Shown here: piece after piece, positions 27,864 through 38,328 of the stretch
Layout of the letters: each line of letters opens with the position of its first letter
How positions within the stretch are numbered: the first letter of the stretch is position 1
Source of the DNA: Escherichia phage F13
Sequence record: OP745617
Strand: one strand, 5' to 3'
Length of the DNA: 64,000 nucleotides
Notes under the pieces: generated by a model
Told to the model about the DNA's origin: nothing
Databases searched by the model: none
The model's input: the letters and a program-made list of their open reading frames with translations, nothing else
Program-made: the position numbers and the translations under genes

Positions 27864-28445
27864 GTGTATATGACAGATGTCGACCTGATTGACATGCTGG
27901 CAACGCGAATTGAAGAAGGTCTGGCGGCGTATAGTCGTGCAGACCTTTCTGCTGTTCCGGTCCAGAAAAAATACCAACCGACTCAACAGGGCATTCCGAC
28001 TGGTGATCAGATTTGGTTTAACCTTTTATTCTCAGTCCCATTCGGTTGGTCAATGAGAAAGAATGAATTTGTCAATGATGAATCTCAATTCGTTAATGGC
28101 AAATTTAAAGATATTGAAGATCAGATATACGCAACACGTTTTCAAATTAGCGGCTTATTTCCAGAAGTTCCTGGCAATCCAGAAAAGCCTACGGCTAATG
28201 ACGTTTTGACTTATTTAGCAAGATTCATAACCCACAAGGCTAATTTGAGGGATTGGTTTAAAAGGCATCAAGCTTCAGTATATAGAGTCGACATGAACAA
28301 CAATGAAAAGTTCTATGACGACATGTCTCAGTTTGAATCGTTTCCTTCTTTTGATTTGGTAATCCTTCACAGAAACGCAATTTCAATTGACACGCCTGCT
28401 GTTGCAAGAGCTGTTAATAACGATTTAGGCGATATTCCGGTGTGA
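27864..28445 (+). CDS. neck / tail completion protein candidate (193 aa)
   Basis: ORF in the structural operon. Confidence 0.45.
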   Translation: MYMTDVDLIDMLATRIEEGLAAYSRADLSAVPVQKKYQPTQQGIPTGDQIWFNLLFSVPFGWSMRKNEFVNDESQFVNGKFKDIEDQIYATRFQISGLFPEVPGNPEKPTANDVLTYLARFITHKANLRDWFKRHQASVYRVDMNNNEKFYDDMSQFESFPSFDLVILHRNAISIDTPAVARAVNNDLGDIPV

Positions 28446-28446
28446 T

Positions 28447-28932
28447 ATGACAAAATCAAAAATGATAGAAAAACAGATAAAGGCGCTTCAATCGATGAAG
28501 GGTCTTACTGTTGAAGCAGGATGGTTTGATTCTACCAGATACCCTTCAGAAACTGGTGGGGAAGGCATGTTGGTGTCAGAAGTCGCGCGACTGAATGAAT
28601 TTGGTCACATAGCCGTTTTGAACTTTGGGCAAGGGCCAGTCAGGGTAGAAGTGCCACCCAGACCATTCATGAGATATGCCTATGAATTATTCGTTAGTGA
28701 GCGCAGTGAAATAGAGAATAAAATTGCTAAAAAGATTTTTTCCGGTAAAATAGACGCTAGACAGGCATTAGGTCAGATTGGGCTTGCGATGGAAGCAAAG
28801 ATTGTCGAATCAATTAAAAACGGACCTTGGCAAAGAAACGCCAGATATACCGTGCGTGTGAAAGGATTCGACAAACCTTTAATTCACAGCAGCCTTATGT
28901 GGCAATCTGTCAACAGCCAAGTCATTAAATAA
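28447..28932 (+). CDS. tail completion / terminator protein candidate (161 aa)
   Basis: ORF immediately upstream of the sheath candidate. Confidence 0.45.
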   Translation: MTKSKMIEKQIKALQSMKGLTVEAGWFDSTRYPSETGGEGMLVSEVARLNEFGHIAVLNFGQGPVRVEVPPRPFMRYAYELFVSERSEIENKIAKKIFSGKIDARQALGQIGLAMEAKIVESIKNGPWQRNARYTVRVKGFDKPLIHSSLMWQSVNSQVIK

Positions 28933-28944
28933 GAGGACACCGAC

Positions 28945-30483
28945 GTGATCAGTCAATCTCGTTATATTAAAATTGTATCAGGGGTCGGAGCAGGCGCGGC
29001 TGTTGCAGTTCGCAAACTGTCGCTTCGCATCATGACTTCCAATACAGTTCTGCCGCCAGGCATTGTAGCAGAATTTTCAACTGCTGATGCCGTTGGATCA
29101 TATTTCGGTTTTTCTTCCGAAGAATACAAGCGTGCAGCACTGTATTTCGGATTCATCAGCAAGCAAATCAACTCGCCTGATTCAATCAGCTTTTCTCGCG
29201 TTGTATCCACGGCGATTCCTGCAATGGTTATCGGCGACACTGAGCCTAAAACGCTTGCTACTTTCCAGGCATTCACTGGCGCTATCTTAAGCATCACTTA
29301 TGACGGCACAGACTACCTGACTGACGCCATCAACCTTTCAGCGGCAACAAGTCTTGCCAACGTAGCGGAACTTTTGGAAACGGCAATCAACACCAAGTTT
29401 GCAGCAGAAGGTGGCACGTCGGTGCCTGCACTTGCTGATGCAGAAGTGTATTGGAATGCCAACACCCAGCAGTTCACTTTGGAAGCCGCTCCGTCGACCG
29501 CTGGTGCTGGAAACCTTTCGATTAACGTCACAGGTCAACCGACAGACCCATCTCAGGCGCTTGGTTGGACGACTACTGGCACCGTTACGGTTGCTGGACA
29601 GGGTGTAGCAAGTCCGGTAGAAGCCATCGCGGCATCTGTGGAGATTTCCAACAACTTTGGCTCATTCCTTTTCGCTGGAGCAGACCGAACGCTGGAAGAA
29701 ATCACAGCCGTTGCAGCTTGGACTCACTCGCAGAACAACATGTACATGTATCTGTTCTCGACTGCATTCGCCAACATCGGCTCATACTATACCGCGTTGA
29801 AAGGTTACTCAGGCGTTGGTATGATGATCCGTGCAACTAACCTCGCGAATGATTACATCGACCAGGCGCCTGCTGAAATTCTTGCGGCGACAAACTATAA
29901 CACTGTAAATGCAACTCAAAACTACATGTATTATCAGTTTGAAACGCGAAATGTAACCGTATCGACTGATTCACGCGCAGATACTGCTGATCAAAACCGT
30001 GCAAACTATATCGGTGCGACTCAGCAAGCTGGTCAAACTCTCGCGTTCTTCCAGCGTGGTGTTCTGATGGGCGGGTCTACCGCAGCAGTTGACATGAACA
30101 CTTATGCCAACGAGATGTGGCTTAAATCTGCTATCACTTCTCAGCTGTTCAGCATGTTCTTGAATCTTGGTCGCGTGCCTGCAAACGAAGAAGGCAAAGC
30201 GACTGTCCAAGCCATGATTCAAGTTGCTGTTGACAATGCGAAGGTTAACGGCACCATCTCTGTCGGTAAGGCGCTGACGGAAATTCAGAAACAGTACATC
30301 ACGCAAACCTCCGGTGACAACACTGCTTGGCGGCAGGTTGAGACTATCGGTTATTGGTTGACTGTCGATTTTGACACTGAAACCACTTCCGATAACCGCA
30401 CCGAATACTATGCAACATACACGCTAATCTACTCTAAAGATGATGCTGTGCGTCGCGTTGAAGGTCGTGACGTTCTTATTTAA
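28945..30483 (+). CDS. tail sheath protein candidate (512 aa, GTG start)
   Basis: Size and position before small tube-like proteins; AAGAGGA RBS; no motif confirmed. Confidence 0.5.
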   Translation: MISQSRYIKIVSGVGAGAAVAVRKLSLRIMTSNTVLPPGIVAEFSTADAVGSYFGFSSEEYKRAALYFGFISKQINSPDSISFSRVVSTAIPAMVIGDTEPKTLATFQAFTGAILSITYDGTDYLTDAINLSAATSLANVAELLETAINTKFAAEGGTSVPALADAEVYWNANTQQFTLEAAPSTAGAGNLSINVTGQPTDPSQALGWTTTGTVTVAGQGVASPVEAIAASVEISNNFGSFLFAGADRTLEEITAVAAWTHSQNNMYMYLFSTAFANIGSYYTALKGYSGVGMMIRATNLANDYIDQAPAEILAATNYNTVNATQNYMYYQFETRNVTVSTDSRADTADQNRANYIGATQQAGQTLAFFQRGVLMGGSTAAVDMNTYANEMWLKSAITSQLFSMFLNLGRVPANEEGKATVQAMIQVAVDNAKVNGTISVGKALTEIQKQYITQTSGDNTAWRQVETIGYWLTVDFDTETTSDNRTEYYATYTLIYSKDDAVRRVEGRDVLI

Positions 30484-30530
30484 ATAATTGCCGCCGTAAA
30501 TGGCGGCCATCTCTCTGAGAGGAATCTGTA

Positions 30531-30998
30531 ATGATTAACGTTTCCGGTTTTGGCGCTTCGATTCGTTTGGTAGCATCAAACACTTTTCCGAATGGTGTGA
30601 CTCTTTCTGATTTTGCAGATGATGCTGATCCGATTGACGCGCCGGACCTGCAAATCTCTGAGGCTGCAATGGGCCTTAACGGTGACTTAGTAGTATGGAA
30701 CCGTGCAAACCCGCTTGAAGTAGGTGTGAACATCATCCCTACTTCTGAAAGTGATGTCAACTTGGACGTTCTTGCAGCTGCAAACCGCGTAGGCAAGCGT
30801 AAGAACTCTGCAAAAGACGTGATCACACTTGTGCTGACTTATCCTTCTGGAATGGTTATCACGCTAAACAAAGGCACCTTGACAACTGGTTCAGTAATTC
30901 CTGGCATCCAGTCTCAAGGTCGTGTGAAAACACGTCAATATCGCTTCAAGTTTGAGAACGTAGTCAAAACTGGCGTGAGCAACCAAGAGATTTTATAA
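30531..30998 (+). CDS. tail tube protein candidate (155 aa)
   Basis: Position after sheath; paralog of 31949..32446. Confidence 0.5.
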   Translation: MINVSGFGASIRLVASNTFPNGVTLSDFADDADPIDAPDLQISEAAMGLNGDLVVWNRANPLEVGVNIIPTSESDVNLDVLAAANRVGKRKNSAKDVITLVLTYPSGMVITLNKGTLTTGSVIPGIQSQGRVKTRQYRFKFENVVKTGVSNQEIL

Positions 30999-31327
30999 TG
31001 TATCAAATACCACTTGACAGCGTACCTAACCAGAATATCAGCTTTAACGTTGACGGTGCATATTGGCAGTTGCACATTTTTGCCGCTATCGAGCACATGT
31101 GCGCCGACGTATACCGCAACGGTGAACTTTTGATTCAAGGGGTGCGCTGTTTTGGTGGTATCCCAATGGTGCCTTATAAGTATCTCATGATTGGGTACGG
31201 TAATTTCATTTTCGACAGCGTACCTGATTATGAAAGTTTTAACTCTGGCGGCTGTAATCTATATTACATGTCAGAATCTGAGTTGGCTGAATTCCAGGCA
31301 ACTGCTGAAGCGGAGTTTGCAATTTGA
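30998..31327 (+). CDS. structural protein (109 aa)
   Basis: Start overlaps upstream stop. Confidence 0.45.
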   Translation: MYQIPLDSVPNQNISFNVDGAYWQLHIFAAIEHMCADVYRNGELLIQGVRCFGGIPMVPYKYLMIGYGNFIFDSVPDYESFNSGGCNLYYMSESELAEFQATAEAEFAI

Positions 31328-31680
31328 CAACTCTAACAATTGAAGTTAACGAAAATAATGACCTTTTTCTGCCTGATGGAAGAAACTTAAATATTCTTTC
31401 AGGAGAAAAAGCGATGGTGCAAGTAATCAAGGCCGCGCACCAGATGCGACTTGGTGAAGACTTGTACGATATAGAAAACGGTGTCGATTATTTGGGGACC
31501 GTTTTCAAGTCGCCCGTTGACGAAGACGGTGCGCGAAAGTCGATTGCAGATGCTATTCTGAAGAAAGCAGACGTTGCCGGAATCGACTCGTTGACTGTCA
31601 CCATCCAAAACGGTATCCTTGGATTCACTGCAGAAGTGGTGACTATTTATGGCGAACGTATAAAGGTGAGTAATCAATAA
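31324..31680 (+). CDS. structural protein (118 aa)
   Basis: Overlapping start. Confidence 0.45.
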   Translation: MTTLTIEVNENNDLFLPDGRNLNILSGEKAMVQVIKAAHQMRLGEDLYDIENGVDYLGTVFKSPVDEDGARKSIADAILKKADVAGIDSLTVTIQNGILGFTAEVVTIYGERIKVSNQ

Positions 31681-31946
31681 TGGCACAAGTAATTCATTTT
31701 GCAAATGGCGTCATGAAATTTGGCGAAAAATTTGAAGACGCATCAGAGCTGTTTAATAAGAAGGTTGATCCTGTTGCAGAAATCAAAGAGCAGGTCGAAG
31801 AAAAATCCGTTGAACAAAAACTAGATTTTGATTCCATGAGCGTTTCAGAATTGAAGTCTTATGCTAAAGAAAATGGCATTGACATCAAGGGTCTTTCTTA
31901 TAAGGATGAAATTCTTGCTGCAGTTAAATCTGCATCTGCGGAGTAA
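31680..31946 (+). CDS. structural protein (88 aa)
   Basis: Overlapping start. Confidence 0.4.
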   Translation: MAQVIHFANGVMKFGEKFEDASELFNKKVDPVAEIKEQVEEKSVEQKLDFDSMSVSELKSYAKENGIDIKGLSYKDEILAAVKSASAE

Positions 31947-31948
31947 AC

Positions 31949-32446
31949 ATGGTCAATATTAGTGGATTTGGCACAAGCATTAGAATTGTCGCTCTTCAAT
32001 CTTTTCCTGTTGGGCTGAATATCAGTTCTTTGTCTGATGACCAGGATTCGCTAATCATTGAGGAAGTTGAATCAGTAGGTTATCAACTTACTTACGACGG
32101 CGGCATTTGCATATACGACAAAGCCGCCGTCGTTCGCGTATCCATTGCGGTCATTCCAAACACTGAAGACGACATAAATCTTAAGCTTTTATTATCTGCC
32201 CGTAAAGGTGGATTCAAGTGGTTGCCAATTCAGGATGTGACATCGATGCTCATTACATATCCTGACGGTGGAAGGGTGGCATTCTCTAACGGAACGATAA
32301 TCAGCGGTCCGCTTGGTGACTCCATAGAGCAATCAGGCCGTCGCAAGACAAACCGATACACATTTGTGTTTGCCAGCTACGGTGGCGCACAGAGCACGTC
32401 TCAAATTGCCAAGGGCGTGGTGCAGAGCATATTGGGGTCCATTTAA
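31949..32446 (+). CDS. tail tube-like paralog (165 aa)
   Basis: Aligns with the 30531..30998 product (M[IV]N[VI]SGFG[AT]SIR[LI]VA...[LM][VI][LI]TYP[SD]G...G[TS]...G...QS[QG]R.KT..Y.F.F). Confidence 0.5.
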   Translation: MVNISGFGTSIRIVALQSFPVGLNISSLSDDQDSLIIEEVESVGYQLTYDGGICIYDKAAVVRVSIAVIPNTEDDINLKLLLSARKGGFKWLPIQDVTSMLITYPDGGRVAFSNGTIISGPLGDSIEQSGRRKTNRYTFVFASYGGAQSTSQIAKGVVQSILGSI

Positions 32447-32979
32447 TGGCTATCGATTTACTGTCATATAGTCTATCAAACAGAAGCTTCACGATAAAGA
32501 GCTTCAACCTTGGAGAAGTATCCACGCTTGGATGGGCCATAGTCAACGTCAAAATAAGACTCCAAGCAAAGATATTCAAAAACCAAAGGGAAGACGGCAG
32601 CTATATTGTCGATGGCAGAGTAAAGATGCCGCGAATACTCACTGTCACCGTGATAGCTCAGACGAAAAGCGCATCAGATGCAATAGCTAAGATGTTGCAA
32701 AACAGGTCGACTATATACACAATTAATTCCCGTGGTCTAATATTCGAACGTATGGTGCTGCAAAATAACAACTTCAGCCAGGACGCTGACAATATAACGT
32801 CTCAGCCCATACAATTGGTCTTCCATGAGATATTAACACAGCAGGATGTGTCTATTCAAACAGCGCAGGCAGGCGACTCAACAGTAATAGAGCGCGGCAT
32901 TGCATACATAAAAGAAACTTCTGCCAGCGTCACCGGCGTCGCTACAAAGGTGATGAATGGTATCAAGGGGATGTTCTGA
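32446..32979 (+). CDS. tail structural protein (177 aa)
   Basis: ORF in the tail operon. Confidence 0.45.
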   Translation: MAIDLLSYSLSNRSFTIKSFNLGEVSTLGWAIVNVKIRLQAKIFKNQREDGSYIVDGRVKMPRILTVTVIAQTKSASDAIAKMLQNRSTIYTINSRGLIFERMVLQNNNFSQDADNITSQPIQLVFHEILTQQDVSIQTAQAGDSTVIERGIAYIKETSASVTGVATKVMNGIKGMF

Positions 32980-33539
32980 TGGACTTCGTTTCGATTCTGC
33001 TTTCTGGTCAATCTTTGACCATAACGAATGAGTCAACAGGTCTTCCTGTCTGGACAAGGCTTTCACCTGTTTCTGCAGAAATAACATCCCCAGCAGAAAC
33101 AACTCAATTCCCTCTTGCTGGCACAGCCATGCAGGTTGTCGAAGTATCAAGCACGTCATCAGTAAGCAATTTACAGGCAGCAAAGGTTGTAATGCCAGCC
33201 CATATGGCGTTAAACGTAATTTGCAATGACCAGTCTACAATTGAAAATATCATAAATTCATTTGATGATGACGAAGTCACATTTTCAATAACTTCTCGAA
33301 GCATCATTGCCAGTAAAATGTCGATGTCCGACGTTGAAATAACCCAGTCAGAAGAAAACTTGAATGGAGTCTCAATAGTAATAACTTTCGAGCAAACGTC
33401 ATTTAGCATTCAAGGAAGCTTCGACCCTAAACAATCTGCAGACGAATCATCAAATGGTGTTGCTATTAAAGAACCAGTCAGTTTGACTACAACTGTGAGT
33501 TCGTTATATAATAAAATAAAATCAACAGTAGGAATATAA
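32979..33539 (+). CDS. tail structural protein (186 aa)
   Basis: ORF in the tail operon. Confidence 0.45.
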   Translation: MDFVSILLSGQSLTITNESTGLPVWTRLSPVSAEITSPAETTQFPLAGTAMQVVEVSSTSSVSNLQAAKVVMPAHMALNVICNDQSTIENIINSFDDDEVTFSITSRSIIASKMSMSDVEITQSEENLNGVSIVITFEQTSFSIQGSFDPKQSADESSNGVAIKEPVSLTTTVSSLYNKIKSTVGI

Positions 33540-33540
33540 A

Positions 33541-33957
33541 ATGAAGATCACCAACAAACAAACTGGTCGTACAGTAGAAATTAAAATCAGCAAAATGACT
33601 GCGATGGAAGGCTGGAATATTCAGCGTCGCTTTGTCGAATTTGCAATGTCGAAAGACCCTGCGTTTCGTTCAGAGTATACGATGGAAGTGTTGAGCTTCG
33701 CAAAAGTCGAGCTTGATGTGGGTCAAGAAATCCCATTAAGCACTGGTGCACTAATTGACAACCATCTTGGTGACTGGGAAAACCTTAAAGAAGTCTTCGA
33801 AGCAGTCCTCATGGAGAACGGTATAAACCCAGATACTCACGCCGAGCGTGAAGGCTACTGGGAACAAGCTGGCGGCGAAATGGCTGCAGCATTCATCGGC
33901 GAATCGATGCGATTAATCGCGCCATTCCTCAGCGGCGAGACTCCAAACAAGGGGTAA
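33541..33957 (+). CDS. tail assembly chaperone candidate (138 aa)
   Basis: Position immediately upstream of tape measure. Confidence 0.4.
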   Translation: MKITNKQTGRTVEIKISKMTAMEGWNIQRRFVEFAMSKDPAFRSEYTMEVLSFAKVELDVGQEIPLSTGALIDNHLGDWENLKEVFEAVLMENGINPDTHAEREGYWEQAGGEMAAAFIGESMRLIAPFLSGETPNKG

Positions 33958-33960
33958 ACT

Positions 33961-36141
33961 GTGTCTGACTCATTAGAAAAATTTGTGCTTCAATATACGG
34001 TGGACTTGAAAGAGTCCATCAATCGTCTTGAGCAATTGCAAGATAAAGTTGATCAGACAAACAAAAAGGCGAAATCCGCTGGAAAAGATTTCTCTGGAGC
34101 ATTCAAAGATGTTTTTGGCGAGCTAAAGCCGCTCACTGGTGAGCTAGGGTCAATCGACGGAATACTTGCGCGGCTGACATATCGTTTTGCCGCGCTTGTT
34201 CCTGTGGTAGCAGGATTGGCTGTCGTTGTCAAATCCATCGTTGATGTTCGAAAAGAATACGAAGCGCAAAGAAAGCTTGGTTTTGAAGCCGGACTCTCTC
34301 CAATGGGTGTCGAACAACTACAACGACAGTTGAATGAAAGTTCAGGTGGCATCCTTGGCGCACAGGGGTCGCGCGATTTAATCAGCAAAGCTTCTAATTT
34401 GGCATTCAATGCATACACCAACCCTGATGTGATGAACAAGGACAACTTGTTGCTGAACAAGATGGGGACAAGTCCTTTCAATAGTAACGGCGGCATCAAA
34501 GACACGAATCAGCTGCTTGATGAAATTGGAACAAAGCTGAGAAGTGTTAATGAGCAAACCGCTCGTGCCATTGGTGCTCTGGCAGGATTCACGGCTGATG
34601 AAGTCCGCGCCCTTCGTGAGCGCAACCAGTCTGTGAAAGAAAGCACGCGCATAAGTGACGAAGAAACCGCGAAGCTGCAAAGACAGCAAGCTGCTCTTGA
34701 GACTATACGAAATAGTATGGGGCAAATTCAAGAAGATTGGCGGCGTATTGAACTGGTCATCGGTGAAAACGTTATGCCTGCATTCTCGACGCTTGTCAGC
34801 AAAACCGCCGATACAGTCGAAGGATTCCAGATGATGTTCCAAAGAATGTCCGATGGGTGGTCTGAATTCGTCGACAATTTCATCGCTGACTTGAAACATC
34901 CGTTCGACAAGCAGGCCGCTGTCAACGAGCGTCACGAGCGTGCCGTTGATAGATGGATCACGCAGATGGCAGACGGCGATGTGAAACGCCAGAGGAACCA
35001 GGAGCAAAACGCTGCTGAACAACGCTCTGCACAGGCTCTTTTTACTCGCGATATCAACCTGTTTTCAAGTGCCGTTTCAACCTTTGCTGGCGTGATTGAT
35101 GAGCGTCAAGCTTGGGCGGCATGGGCAGGTGAAATCGGGCGCAGCGCAGGGCAATCCGCGATGCCTGGAACACCAGCATTGAATACTGGCGCGACCGTAG
35201 GGAATAATCTTGGGTCAGGGAATCCGACAGCATACGACTCAATATATGAGGAAGCTTCAAAACGCTATGGTATACCTGTTGCGATGATGAAGGCCGTAAC
35301 AGAAGTCGAATCTGGATTCAACCCCAATGCCGTAAGCGGAGCAGGTGCGACCGGACTGATGCAAATCATGCCTTCCAACTTCAAGGGTCTTGGTATCACA
35401 GACGGCAACGACCCTAGACAAAACATTATGGGCGGCGCTCAACTGTTGAAAGAGTATTTAAACGCTGCCAACGGCGATTGGAATCTTGCGCTGACGATGT
35501 ATCACGGTGGCTACGACCGCAGCGGCTGGGGCAAGAATACACGCGCTTATCCTGGAAAGGTCATGGCAGCTCTCGACCGACAATCCAATGGTGAGTATGC
35601 CACGGCAGCGCCGCAAGGTGCACCAGTTACTCCAGTACTTAGCGGTAGCGGAGCGGAAGCACCAAAGGGCCGTTATGCACCAGTACAAGGTCAATCGCGC
35701 CAAACGGTGCAATACAGGCAATTGCAAGAAGCCATTGCAGGATACCTGAACGTACCAGTTGAGCAGTTGATGCAGGGACAAGTCAACAAAGGTGATATTG
35801 ACTTTGCTCAAACTTACCTTAAGCTTGGAACGCAAAGGGATTATATTAAAAACATGCAACTGGCTTCAACTCCAGGTGTAAGACCGAACATTCAAGCCGA
35901 AGCGATGAAAAACGCTCGTCTTGCTGCATTCCAACTTGAAGCATTCCAGAAATACGGCGGCGACCTTTCCGCGAATAGTCGACCTGGTGGGCGTGATATT
36001 ACTATGGGTCAGAAAAACGTTGTCATCAACGTCAACGGCGCTCAAGACCCACGCAGCACGGCATTCGAAACGAAACGAGTGCTTGAACAAGATGATATCA
36101 ACGACATAAACAACCTTACTGCTACACCTTTGAAGTGGTGA
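33961..36141 (+). CDS. tape measure protein with lytic transglycosylase (SLT) domain
   Basis: 726 aa; helical N-terminus; SLT motifs EVESGFNPNAVSGAGATGLMQIMP...GGAQLLKEYL. Confidence 0.7.
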   Translation: MSDSLEKFVLQYTVDLKESINRLEQLQDKVDQTNKKAKSAGKDFSGAFKDVFGELKPLTGELGSIDGILARLTYRFAALVPVVAGLAVVVKSIVDVRKEYEAQRKLGFEAGLSPMGVEQLQRQLNESSGGILGAQGSRDLISKASNLAFNAYTNPDVMNKDNLLLNKMGTSPFNSNGGIKDTNQLLDEIGTKLRSVNEQTARAIGALAGFTADEVRALRERNQSVKESTRISDEETAKLQRQQAALETIRNSMGQIQEDWRRIELVIGENVMPAFSTLVSKTADTVEGFQMMFQRMSDGWSEFVDNFIADLKHPFDKQAAVNERHERAVDRWITQMADGDVKRQRNQEQNAAEQRSAQALFTRDINLFSSAVSTFAGVIDERQAWAAWAGEIGRSAGQSAMPGTPALNTGATVGNNLGSGNPTAYDSIYEEASKRYGIPVAMMKAVTEVESGFNPNAVSGAGATGLMQIMPSNFKGLGITDGNDPRQNIMGGAQLLKEYLNAANGDWNLALTMYHGGYDRSGWGKNTRAYPGKVMAALDRQSNGEYATAAPQGAPVTPVLSGSGAEAPKGRYAPVQGQSRQTVQYRQLQEAIAGYLNVPVEQLMQGQVNKGDIDFAQTYLKLGTQRDYIKNMQLASTPGVRPNIQAEAMKNARLAAFQLEAFQKYGGDLSANSRPGGRDITMGQKNVVINVNGAQDPRSTAFETKRVLEQDDINDINNLTATPLKW

Positions 36142-36145
36142 TAAT

Positions 36146-37018
36146 TTGAAAAAGAGAATCCTTAAAGTCACCTTATCTATGCCGGATGGCACAAGCCAAG
36201 TGCTTGATGAAGGATTGATGCTTAGATGCCGAATCAAAAAGGCAGCACTTTCCGTGCAAAATAAGGCCACAATCGAAGTCGCAGGATTGACAGGGTACTT
36301 GAGAGAGTACCTGCTTTCCAACTTCACCGCATTCAACAAACGTCTGCGTGATCAAGGTCAATTGGCGGCGAATTATGTCAACGTAACAATTGAAGCTGGA
36401 TATAGAGAAGGCAACGTTGTTAGTAGCAACTTAGTCTACAAGGGGCAAGTCACAACGGTCGAGATAACAGCGCCGCCGCCGAACATCGTCATACGCATCA
36501 CTTGCTACACCAACCAGATAAACAGGACTAAGTTTATCACTCAAGCTGCACCGTCAAACCCAACATTCAAAGAGTTTGTGGAGTGGTCGGCAAAGCAAAT
36601 GGATATTGATACTGTTATATGCGATACTTCGATTAACAATCAGCGCCTTGTTAACCCAGGCCGCACAACATATGTTGCAGCCGCCTTGTTGCTTGAGATT
36701 CAGAACTATCAAAGGAACTCTATTGCGGCATATATCGATGATGATACGCTCATCGTCAAGGATAAAGACAAAATTCTGAATCCAGAACAGATAACGGTGA
36801 TTGAGGAATTTGTCGGAATACCGATGTGGAACGAGTGGGGCGCTGACTTCACTTGCATGTATAACGCGGATTTGAAGCTTGCCCAAGGTGTGAAATTCAA
36901 ATCAGTCTTAAACCCAAGCTTGAACGACACCACATTCGTCATCATGCAACTTGAATATGATTTAGCAAGTCGTGATGACATATTTACGGTGACGGGCGGC
37001 GTTGCACCATCGGCCTAA
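36146..37018 (+). CDS. distal tail / baseplate protein (290 aa, TTG start)
   Basis: ORF after tape measure. Confidence 0.45.
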   Translation: MKKRILKVTLSMPDGTSQVLDEGLMLRCRIKKAALSVQNKATIEVAGLTGYLREYLLSNFTAFNKRLRDQGQLAANYVNVTIEAGYREGNVVSSNLVYKGQVTTVEITAPPPNIVIRITCYTNQINRTKFITQAAPSNPTFKEFVEWSAKQMDIDTVICDTSINNQRLVNPGRTTYVAAALLLEIQNYQRNSIAAYIDDDTLIVKDKDKILNPEQITVIEEFVGIPMWNEWGADFTCMYNADLKLAQGVKFKSVLNPSLNDTTFVIMQLEYDLASRDDIFTVTGGVAPSA

Positions 37019-37020
37019 AT

Positions 37021-37542
37021 ATGAGAAAGAATAAAGTAATTGATTTGTTTGGAGTTACTTATGAAATACATCAATTCAGCGCAATAGATGCGTTTGAAAT
37101 GGTTGATGCGATAAGCATATTAACTCCACTTGAATTATTAAGTGAATGTCATGTTATTAAATATGACGGAACTAAAGTCAGATTAAATTCTGAGAAGGCC
37201 ATCAGTGAAGAAGTGAAAAGTGTGCCAAATCACTTGCCGCCCAACCTTGTATTGAAAGTTCTAATGGAAGCGGTAAAGAAGCACAATTTTGGATTCCTCA
37301 GTGATTGGAAAGGCACTAAGATTCCAAATAGATTCTTGGCTGACGTTCCGACCGTGGAGCCTAATTATCTTGAGCCGATGGTTGCAAGCCTAATAAACAA
37401 TGGTCTTGCTTCGTTAAAAGAATTGGAAGAATATTATTCATTGCGTGATGCATTCGCTATGTTTGATGGACTAATAGCAAAATCACTTAATGAAGCCTAC
37501 TCAAACGAAGCTGCCATTAAAGAATCAAAGTCAAATCGCTAA
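37021..37542 (+). CDS. baseplate-associated protein (173 aa)
   Basis: ORF. Confidence 0.4.
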   Translation: MRKNKVIDLFGVTYEIHQFSAIDAFEMVDAISILTPLELLSECHVIKYDGTKVRLNSEKAISEEVKSVPNHLPPNLVLKVLMEAVKKHNFGFLSDWKGTKIPNRFLADVPTVEPNYLEPMVASLINNGLASLKELEEYYSLRDAFAMFDGLIAKSLNEAYSNEAAIKESKSNR

Positions 37543-37599
37543 AATATTGCTTATAGACTCCTTATAGATTATAATTTGTTGATCAGATATAAGGAGTCT

Positions 37600-38328
37600 A
37601 TGATGGCAGAAAAGTTAACCCAACTTACAAGCCCCAACCAAACTGACAAATCAAGTATGTTTGCCGCGCTGCAGGGAATGCTGGACCGTGGCAAGTATAC
37701 CACTGACGGCATGATTCCTGCACAAGTAATATCTTATGACCGCAAACAGAATTTAGCAGTCATAAAGCCTGTTATTCATTTCGTAAGTCTTGATGATAAA
37801 CCAGTGGAGCGTCAACCCCTGGTGTCAATTCCTGTGTTGGCAATCGGCGGCGGCGGCTTTGTAATCAACTTTCCTCTGAAAGAGGGTGATTTGGGCTGGA
37901 TATTCGCTGGCGACCGCGAGTTGTCGACATTCCTTGAAGAATTGAAGCCGACCGCGCCTACCAATGGTCGCGCGAAAACTTTCGCTGATGGACTGTTCAT
38001 ACCGGATGTATTTCGAAAATACACCATAAGCGGAGAGGATGCAGGCTCAATGGTAATCCAGTCACTCAGCGGCGCTGTCCGCATTGCATTAAGTGATGAC
38101 TCGATAAACATAACTGCATCCGCTGGAGTAAATGTGAAAACACCAATAACCACTATCGACCAACAATTGATAGTTAATGGAAAGGCAACGTTCAATGGTG
38201 GTATAGAAGGGAAAGAAGGAACGACGGCAACGCTTCCGACTGGCACAACAATCGGCGGCATAAATGTATCCACTCACGGTCACATAGGTAACGGACCTGG
38301 AAACAGAACTGGGGATATGATAGAATGA
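37600..38328 (+). CDS. baseplate hub / spike-like protein
   Basis: AAGGAG RBS; Gly-rich segments (IGGGGFVINFPLKEGDLGWIFAGD); assignment by position and composition. Confidence 0.4.
   Translation: MMAEKLTQLTSPNQTDKSSMFAALQGMLDRGKYTTDGMIPAQVISYDRKQNLAVIKPVIHFVSLDDKPVERQPLVSIPVLAIGGGGFVINFPLKEGDLGWIFAGDRELSTFLEELKPTAPTNGRAKTFADGLFIPDVFRKYTISGEDAGSMVIQSLSGAVRIALSDDSINITASAGVNVKTPITTIDQQLIVNGKATFNGGIEGKEGTTATLPTGTTIGGINVSTHGHIGNGPGNRTGDMIE

Noticed and set aside
34378-35022. 214-aa minus-strand ORF inside the tape measure gene, and the similar 256-aa ORF at 43180..43950 inside the fiber gene
   Set aside because: Antisense shadows of long structural genes.
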